Assembly (NCBI GenBank): GCA_963662545.2
Contig: CAXXLL010000002.1
Coordinates: forward strand, 1,984,001-2,048,000
Direction of reading: 5' to 3'
From: Gammaproteobacteria bacterium
GTDB taxonomy: Bacteria > Pseudomonadota > Gammaproteobacteria > Ga0077536
DNA: 64,000 bases
Shown here: in pieces, positions 57,111 through 64,000 of the stretch
Layout: the number at the start of each line of letters is the position of its first letter
How positions within the stretch are numbered: position 1 is the first letter of the stretch
Position numbers and translations under genes: made by a program
The notes under the pieces: generated by a model
Database searches by the model: none
What the model was told of the DNA's origin: nothing
Seen by the model: only the letters and a program-made list of their open reading frames with translations

Positions 57111-58013
57111 ATGGCTGAAGTCAAAGCACTCGGATACATCGGTTGTGATATTTCCGAACCGGCGGCCTGGCAGCGCCTACTCGAGGACGTCTTCGCGCTG
57201 GAGCTGCGTGACGAGGTTGACGACGGTGTTCAACGATACCGTATGGACGCGCAGCATCATCGGCTCGCCCTGTACGAATCCGATCGGGACGCGCTCCGCT
57301 ACATCGGCTGGGCGGTCGATACGCGCCGGGATCTCGACGATCTGGGCGCCTCTCTGACCACCAAGGGCATCGAAGTGGAACGTGGGGATGCGGAGCTCTG
57401 CGCCGAGCGCTCGGTCATGGATTTGATCGTAGTTGAAGGACCCGACGGGGTGCGAATCGAAGTGTTTTTCGGTCCCGTCCAGGAGGCCAAGCCGTTCACG
57501 CCCAAGCGTGGCATGGCAGGATACAACACGGGCCTACTCGGTATGGGGCACGTGGTCTTGTCGACGGGCGATCGGGAAGCCACAGCGCAGTGGTACCAGG
57601 ACATGCTGGGTTTTCGCCTGAGTGATCACATCTTCTGGGACGGTATCGAAGCGACTTTCCTGCATTGTAATCCCCGGCATCATTCGCTCGCCTTCACCAA
57701 CCTCTTCGGTGATTTACAGGGCGGCGAACTCGGCCATTTCATGCTCGAATCGACGTCGCTGGACGACGTCGGGCGCGCCTATGACGTGGTCGGCAGCCAG
57801 GGGTTCCCGGTGGCCATGACCCTGGGCCGACACACCAACGACCAGACGACCTCGTTTTACGTCTACAGCCCCTCGGGCTGGTGGATCGAATACGGCTACG
57901 GCGGGCGCACCATCGACGACGCGGTATGGGAACCCGGGTTTTATAATTCGCCCAAGATCTGGGGCCACGAAATGATGCCGCCGCCGAGTAAGGCGGGAAA
58001 CGCGGGAAGCTGA
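57111..58013 (+). CDS. type I (VOC) extradiol ring-cleavage dioxygenase, BphC/HsaC-like
   Basis: LGYIG, GMGHVVL, FLHCNPRHHS, HFML, LGRHTND-SFY-SPSGWWIEYG. Confidence 0.95.
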   Translation: MAEVKALGYIGCDISEPAAWQRLLEDVFALELRDEVDDGVQRYRMDAQHHRLALYESDRDALRYIGWAVDTRRDLDDLGASLTTKGIEVERGDAELCAERSVMDLIVVEGPDGVRIEVFFGPVQEAKPFTPKRGMAGYNTGLLGMGHVVLSTGDREATAQWYQDMLGFRLSDHIFWDGIEATFLHCNPRHHSLAFTNLFGDLQGGELGHFMLESTSLDDVGRAYDVVGSQGFPVAMTLGRHTNDQTTSFYVYSPSGWWIEYGYGGRTIDDAVWEPGFYNSPKIWGHEMMPPPSKAGNAGS

Positions 58014-58018
58014 AGACG

Positions 58019-58888
58019 ATGAGTCAATCGATCTGGAACTATTTGCAGGGCGTCGAGTTCAAGCAGACCTACTACGACGCCAACGGCGTTAGCACCCGCG
58101 CGATCGAAGCGGGCCAGGGCCCGGTATTGATCCTCCTGCACGGGACCGGCGGGCATGCAGAAGCCTACCTCAAGAACATCGAGGCGCACGCACGGCACTT
58201 TCACGTCTACGCCATCGACATGGTCGGCCACGGCTACAGCGATGCCCCCGACATTTCGTATGACATGCAATGTTACGTCGATTTCATGCGCGACTTCCTG
58301 GATGCCATCGGTGCCGACAAAGCCTTCATATCGGGCGAGTCTCTGGGCGCGACCGTGGCATCGTGGTTTGCTCTGGCCCATCCGGAGCGCATCGACAAAA
58401 TCGTCATGAACACGGGCATGATGCTACCGCCCGACGATCAAGGCGCCAAAGATCTTCAAGTACTACTCGAGCGTACCCGCGCCGCGACCGGAACACCTGA
58501 TCGCGAAGCCATCCGCCACCGGATCCGCTGGCTCATGCACCGCGAGGAAGACATCACCGACGAGCTGGTGGAAGTGCGTTTTCAGATTTACCAACAGGAC
58601 GGCCGTGCTACCGTAATGCGCAAGATTGCCGAACAGAGTATCGGCGCCCTGCTCGATCCGACCGAGCAGAAAAAGTGGTTCCACCCGGATCTTCTACGCC
58701 AGCTTGCGTGCCCGACACTCGTGCTGTGGACCCGCTATAACCCGGGGCAATTCGTACCGCTCGCGGAAGAAGGCGCAAGTCTGATCCCGGATAGCGAACT
58801 GGTCGTGCTCGAGAACAGCGCCCACTGGCCGCAATGGGAAGAACCCGAGGCGTTCAATACGGCTCACCTCGACTTTCTTCTGCGCTGA
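58019..58888 (+). CDS. meta-cleavage product hydrolase (MhpC/BphD-like)
   Basis: LLHGTGGHAE, DMVGHG, GESLG, AHWPQWE. Confidence 0.9.
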   Translation: MSQSIWNYLQGVEFKQTYYDANGVSTRAIEAGQGPVLILLHGTGGHAEAYLKNIEAHARHFHVYAIDMVGHGYSDAPDISYDMQCYVDFMRDFLDAIGADKAFISGESLGATVASWFALAHPERIDKIVMNTGMMLPPDDQGAKDLQVLLERTRAATGTPDREAIRHRIRWLMHREEDITDELVEVRFQIYQQDGRATVMRKIAEQSIGALLDPTEQKKWFHPDLLRQLACPTLVLWTRYNPGQFVPLAEEGASLIPDSELVVLENSAHWPQWEEPEAFNTAHLDFLLR

Positions 58889-58959
58889 GAAGGACCCTGC
58901 GGCCTTCGGGACGATAAGCAGGAGAAAATGGTTCGGGCGCGGGCGTTCTCTGCGTGAGA

Positions 58960-59172
58960 AAAAGGGGTCAAGTCTTCACTTTATACAAGTCCGACCAAAC
59001 GGCATTTTAAACGTTCGACAACAAGACGAAGATTTGGGTCTTCGAACACTCATAGAATTCGCCGAGCAGATCGAAAAAATAGTGACAATGCAGGTCGTCG
59101 CTCGGGAATTATCGCGCGTGCTCGCGGCCTCGGCTTGTTCGAGTTGTAGTAAGTGAAGACTTGACCCCTTTT
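58960..59172. repeat. 213-bp element bounded by perfect 22-bp inverted repeats
   Basis: aaaaggggtcaagtcttcactt (58960-58981) and aagtgaagacttgacccctttt (59151-59172); lower-GC non-coding interior. Confidence 0.85.
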
Positions 59173-59182
59173 GAGCTAGGTG

Positions 59183-59971
59183 TCATTCGCCCTTGAATTG
59201 CGGATCCGATTTGTTTAGATATGCTTGCGCCGCCGCTTTCTGGTCGGCAGTCGTCTGCGTCAACAGGTTTTGATCCGCATCCATGTGCATGAGGGCGAGG
59301 TCGAGTGCGCCGGTGATCTGATTGACGCTGCGTTTAATCATCTGGGCGGCAATCGGAGATTTTTCGGCGTAGGTCGCGGCGAATGCTTCCGCCTGTTCGC
59401 GCAGCCGTTCAGGCTCGGCGATGCTTTCCAACAGACCCCAGGCCAGCAGGGTATCGGCGTCGACGCGTTCGCCGCCGATCACGAGGCGCTTGGCCCGCGT
59501 CGGCCCAACGAGATGGATGGTCAACGGCAGGCTCTGCCACATGAGGTTGAGACCAAGATTGATCTCGGGGTATTGAATGAAGCAGTCCGATGCGCCGACA
59601 CGAAAATCCATCGCGGTGACGAGACACGCGCCGCCGCCCAGCGCGCCGCCATTCCAGGCGCCGATCGTGATCTGATCGATACCCAGGATCGCGTGCAGGG
59701 CACGCGCGCCGATGCGAAAACGGCGGCGCTTTAGCACCATGGGCGGCTCAGCTTCGTTGCTCCAGTCAGTGAGATCGGCGCCGGAGGAAAAATGCCGGCC
59801 GGCGCCAGTGAAGATGACGACTCGCGTGTCCGCGTCATCCCGGAAAGACAGCGCGCAGGCCTCGATTTCAGCGAGGTGCTCGTAATTCAAGGCGTTCGCT
59901 CGCTCGGGACGGTTCAGGGTGACGAAGGCGATGTGATTGCGCTTTTCGATTTGGAGATGCTGGTAGGTCAT
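59183..59971 (-). CDS. enoyl-CoA hydratase/isomerase family protein
   Basis: LNRPERANAL, FSSGADL, GGALGGG, PEINLG. Confidence 0.92.
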   Translation of the reverse strand: MTYQHLQIEKRNHIAFVTLNRPERANALNYEHLAEIEACALSFRDDADTRVVIFTGAGRHFSSGADLTDWSNEAEPPMVLKRRRFRIGARALHAILGIDQITIGAWNGGALGGGACLVTAMDFRVGASDCFIQYPEINLGLNLMWQSLPLTIHLVGPTRAKRLVIGGERVDADTLLAWGLLESIAEPERLREQAEAFAATYAEKSPIAAQMIKRSVNQITGALDLALMHMDADQNLLTQTTADQKAAAQAYLNKSDPQFKGE

Positions 59972-59975
59972 GGCG

Positions 59976-60863
59976 CTATGTGAAAATGGCACCGGCCAGG
60001 TCTTCTATCTCCAAGAGCATTTCTTTCTCGTCCATGGCGAAGGGGAAAATGACCGCACCGTCGGCACCTGCCTTGGCCATCTCCGCCAATTCCGATCGAG
60101 TCCGGCATGCGCCGGGCGTACCGAAGATCGTGATCTTGAGCTGCTTCGGATCGCGGTTAAAGACATTCGCGAATTTCGTGATCTCGGCCCGACCATCGGC
60201 GATTTCCTGCGGATCGGCGGTGAAGGGCAGCCAGCCCTCACCCCATTGCGCAACCCGTCGGAAGACCCGCGGATTCGCGATACTGCCAAGCAGAACCGGC
60301 GGGTGCGGATCCTGCGCCGGTCTCGGCTTGCAGATGACCGGTGGAAAATCATAATACTTGCCGTGATGTTCGACATATTCCCCGGTCCACAATGTCTTCA
60401 TTACCTGAATCGCTTCCTTGACCTGCGTCCAGCGGTGTTCGAAATCACCACCCATGACCGTGCATTCGGGTTCGTTCCAACCGGCACCGATACCATACTG
60501 GAAGCGTCCGCCCGAATAATGGTCTAGCGATGCGATCTCGATCGCCGCGTTGATGGGGTTTCGTTCGGGCACGAGCGCGACGCCCGTGCCGAGCGCGATG
60601 GTCGAGGTGACGGATGAAGCGCGCGCCAACGCGATCAGCGGATCGGGCATCTTGAACAGATACTCCGGCGTCGGCTCTCCCGGCTCCTTGGCCGGATAAA
60701 CATCGTCGGAACCCTTCGGGATCACAGCGTGCTCGGGCACCCAGTACGATGCGAACCCGAGTTCCTCGGCGCGTTTCGCAATGACGGCTGGGTCGCCGCC
60801 TTGACGGTCACACAGCGCTTGAGCGATACCGACGCCCATCCCATTCACGTTTTTAGTTGCCAT
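59976..60863 (-). CDS. LLM-class probable F420-dependent oxidoreductase (Rv2161c-like)
   Basis: AEELGF-WVPEH, PDPLIAL, LGTGV, GIGAGWN-E, GEGWLP. Confidence 0.88.
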   Translation of the reverse strand: MATKNVNGMGVGIAQALCDRQGGDPAVIAKRAEELGFASYWVPEHAVIPKGSDDVYPAKEPGEPTPEYLFKMPDPLIALARASSVTSTIALGTGVALVPERNPINAAIEIASLDHYSGGRFQYGIGAGWNEPECTVMGGDFEHRWTQVKEAIQVMKTLWTGEYVEHHGKYYDFPPVICKPRPAQDPHPPVLLGSIANPRVFRRVAQWGEGWLPFTADPQEIADGRAEITKFANVFNRDPKQLKITIFGTPGACRTRSELAEMAKAGADGAVIFPFAMDEKEMLLEIEDLAGAIFT

Positions 60864-60981
60864 TGAATCCTCCTCGGTTCGCGGTCATTTGACCAACACC
60901 TCGACTAGGGCTGTGATTGCACGACGAAATAGTTCGGAGTGCAACTCGGAGCCGTCTGCGGACTGCAATGGAGAAATAGAT

Positions 60982-61665
60982 TTACACCAGCCGATCGGCC
61001 AGTTCTGTGATCGACTTCAACACTAGATCCGGTGTGTGCTCGGTCCGGCCGAACGGCCGATCGCGGCGATCGATGAAAGCCGCATGCATGCCGGCGGCTT
61101 TCGCACCGATGCAATCGAAGGCGTGATTGGCTACATGCATTACCTGATCGGGCGCTATGCCGAGCTTTTCGCAGGCTGTTTCATAGCTACGGCGATGGGG
61201 TTTGAAGCAGCCGGCTTCCTCGACGGAAATCGTGTGATCGAAAGGAAAGTCGATATAGGGTTTGGCCGCTTCCAGCATGTCGCGATCGCCATTGGAGAAT
61301 ATCGCGAGCGGGTAGCGCTCCGCCAGGCGCTTTAGAGCCGCTCGTACCTCCGGGAAAGGTTGCAATCGTTCGATGGCGCACACCAGGATTCGCACCTCTT
61401 CGTCAGTGAATTCAATGCCGGCACGCTCCATCGTGTAGGCCACGGCGCGATGGCCGATCTCCCGGTAGGACGTGTGGCCACGATCGCACAGGGAATCGAT
61501 CATCGAATTCTCAAAGTGCGCCCGCCGCCACCAGGTGACGAAGCGATTGGGATCACCCTCCCAGGATTTGCCCGCGAGAAACGGTGTCACGAACTCGACC
61601 AAGCCGGCCTGCATGTCGACGATGGTGCCGTATTGATCGAAAGTCAGGATCTGTATCTTTCCCAC
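60982..61665 (-). CDS. haloacid dehalogenase type II
   Basis: TFDQYGTIVD, FSNG, FKPH, HVANHAFDCIGAK. Confidence 0.9.
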   Translation of the reverse strand: MGKIQILTFDQYGTIVDMQAGLVEFVTPFLAGKSWEGDPNRFVTWWRRAHFENSMIDSLCDRGHTSYREIGHRAVAYTMERAGIEFTDEEVRILVCAIERLQPFPEVRAALKRLAERYPLAIFSNGDRDMLEAAKPYIDFPFDHTISVEEAGCFKPHRRSYETACEKLGIAPDQVMHVANHAFDCIGAKAAGMHAAFIDRRDRPFGRTEHTPDLVLKSITELADRLV

Positions 61666-61832
61666 CTTGATTTACCGTCAGCCACGAAGCGAGTTTGAAG
61701 GGCCTGCACTATACCAAGCACGCCGAGAATCGGGAGAAACCACCTAAAACAGTCATGGAAACGGCACCGCCTTGACACCCGCAAACCGCCCGCGTAGGTT
61801 GGCGCCGGCACTGAATCCCCAGGAGGACCTGC

Positions 61833-62930
61833 ATGAAACTCGGCTACTTCATGATGCCCCTGCATCATATCGACCGCGACTACCATGAGACGCTTAACGA
61901 GGACATGGAGGCCATCATCTATGCCGACGAACTGGGCTACACCGAGGCCTGGGTGGGAGAGCATTACTCGAGTGCCGTGGAGCAGATCACCTCGCCCTTG
62001 ATGTTTCACGCCAATCTCATCAGCCGCACGAAGCAGATCAAACTCGCAACGGGCGTGATCTGCCTGCCGCAGTATCATCCGGCAGTGACGGCAGGGCAGG
62101 CGGCGATGTTCGATCACCTGAGTGACGGTCGCTTCATCATGGGGGTGGGGCCCGGCGGTCTATTGTCGGACTTCGAGCTCTTCGGCGTCATGGATGAGGA
62201 CCGCATGGAAATGATGGAGGAAGCGCTCGATCAGATCCTGGAACTGTGGTCGACCGAGCCGCCCTACAAATTGCACGGCAAGCATTGGACCATCGAGATG
62301 AAGGACTGGACCCACCACGACATCAAACTCGGCTACGTTGCCAAACCGCTGCAGCAACCGCACCCGCCCATCGCGATTTCCGCCATGAGCCCGGCTTCGG
62401 GTTCGCTCAAGTTCGCCGGTCGCCGCGGGTATATCCCCGTGACGGCTAATTTTATCGCTACGTGGTCCGCCAAGACCCACTGGCCCGCCTATTGCGAAGG
62501 GGCAAAGGAAGGCGGTCAAACACCCGATGCCGAAGCCTGGCACGTGGCGCGAAGCATCTTCGTCGCCGATACCGATGAGGAAGCGGCGGCTTTCGTCGCC
62601 GCCGGGGACAGCTCTTACACGTATTACTACGAGTACATTTTCACAATCTTTGATCGCGCGGATTTCAAGGGTCCTTTCGTCGCCAATCAGGACGACGATC
62701 CCGCCGAGTTGACTGCGAATAAAGTACGCGATGCCTGTGTGATCTACGGCAGCCCGGAATCGGTCGCAAGAAAACTGCTGGCCTTGCGCGAAGAGATCGG
62801 CCATTTCGGTACCTTGCTCTACGCCGCGCACGATTGGCAGGATAAAGCCGCAATGAAAAAATCGATGCGCTTGATGGCCGAAGAAGTCATCCCCCGCGTC
62901 AATCAGACGCTCGGTGCCAAAGCGGCCTGA
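61833..62930 (+). CDS. LLM-class flavin-dependent monooxygenase (LimB/diketocamphane monooxygenase-like)
   Basis: MKLGYFMMPLH, EAWVGEH, GPGGLLSD, KPLQQPHPP. Confidence 0.9.
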   Translation: MKLGYFMMPLHHIDRDYHETLNEDMEAIIYADELGYTEAWVGEHYSSAVEQITSPLMFHANLISRTKQIKLATGVICLPQYHPAVTAGQAAMFDHLSDGRFIMGVGPGGLLSDFELFGVMDEDRMEMMEEALDQILELWSTEPPYKLHGKHWTIEMKDWTHHDIKLGYVAKPLQQPHPPIAISAMSPASGSLKFAGRRGYIPVTANFIATWSAKTHWPAYCEGAKEGGQTPDAEAWHVARSIFVADTDEEAAAFVAAGDSSYTYYYEYIFTIFDRADFKGPFVANQDDDPAELTANKVRDACVIYGSPESVARKLLALREEIGHFGTLLYAAHDWQDKAAMKKSMRLMAEEVIPRVNQTLGAKAA

Positions 62931-63023
62931 ACGAGCGGACGACCCGAACCTCGGTGCGAACGCGCTTGCGCGCCAGCGGCCCGGCGTCGTGCCTGATGCG
63001 CGTCGAGACAGGAGTGAGAACCG

Positions 63024-64000
63024 ATGAGCGATAAGCAATTGAAGTTCGGCCTCTGGTACGACTTCAGGAATCCGCCTCAGTGGCACCGCGACAATACCGA
63101 GCTGTATCACGCTTGTTTCGACCAAATCGTACGCGCCGAGCAAGCCGGCTTCGATGACATCTGGTTATCCGAGCATCATTTCCTCGACGACTGCTATTCA
63201 CCCTCGATGCTCGCCATCGGCTGCGCCATCGCGGCCCTCACGAAGACCATTCGCATTGGCACAAGTGTGCTCCTGTTACCCCTGCACGACCCGGTGCACG
63301 TCGCCGAAGACGCGGCGACGCTCGACGTGATATCGGGCGGCCGCCTCGAACTCGGCCTCGGCGTCGGCTACAAGGTCGAAGAGCTCCGCGCCTGGGGGGT
63401 CGACCCCAAGTCACGCGGACAGCGCATGGAAGAGGGGATCGAGATCATTCAACGGCTGTTTGCCGGTGAACGCTTTAGTTTTCACGGGCAATATCACGAC
63501 TTCGACGACATTCAGCTACGGCCGATGCCGGTGCAGAAAAAACCCAGGCTCTGGATCGCCGGGTTCAGCAAGGTCGCAGTCCGCCGCGCGGCGCGGGTCG
63601 GGGCCGGTTATATCGCGGTGGGGCCGATAGGACCGTTTACGAAAGTCTACCGCGACGAACTGACGAAACAGGGTCGCGATCCGGACGATTACGAAGTTGC
63701 GGCAGGGTATGCCTGGCTGCACGTCGCCCGGGATCCGGAAAAGCGGTGGTCAGAAGCGGTCGATCATCTCGCCTATCAGCAAAACTGTTACGGCGAGTGG
63801 TTCTCGGCCGCGGGTATGGATTTCATCAAACCGGTAACGGCGACGCGTGAATCCATCGAAAGCAACGACTGCTACATCGTAAGCCCCGATAAAGCAGTCG
63901 AGATGATCAAGGAGTACGTCGAAGCCACCGGCTCGAGCCGTTTCTACACCTGGGCGGTACCACCCGGCATGCATCCCAGCTGGACCGATGAACACATCGA
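63024..64000 (+). CDS. LLM-class oxidoreductase (partial, runs off the window)
   Basis: [17 protein letters not shown]...WLSEHHF...[31 protein letters not shown]; RBS AGGAG; no stop before the window end. Confidence 0.9.
   Translation, partial: [325 protein letters not shown]

Overview
GC-rich bacterial chromosomal window, most likely from a Gammaproteobacterium (inferred from gene content and GTAG-type REPs; not provable here). It is dominated by catabolism of hydrophobic and aromatic compounds. Left to right: DUF2946-bioA-pyrC; a stack of miniature inverted-repeat elements (three terminal-repeat families sharing one internal core); a D-/L-2-hydroxyglutarate oxidoreductase pair and tag; a YCF48/MMPL/DUF1302/HEAT/DUF1329 envelope cluster whose divergent control region is interrupted by a complete 3152-bp IS1595-family element (26-bp TIRs, 8-bp TSD TAAATTTT); many acyl-CoA enzymes; a complete F420 operon (cofE-cofD-cofC-fbiC); an IS6 remnant; a CarAa/OxoO-like Rieske oxygenase meta-cleavage cluster with unusual partners; and several luciferase-like oxidoreductases. 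The IS1595 element carries two membrane-protein passengers behind duplicated promoter-like repeats, a frameshifted methyltransferase-HNH fusion and an unannotated 57-aa AT-hook ORF. No rRNA, tRNA or CRISPR array was seen. The best candidates for undescribed biology are the IS1595 cargo system, the shared-core MITE families and the Rieske cluster. All product calls come from motif recognition by eye, not from database searches.
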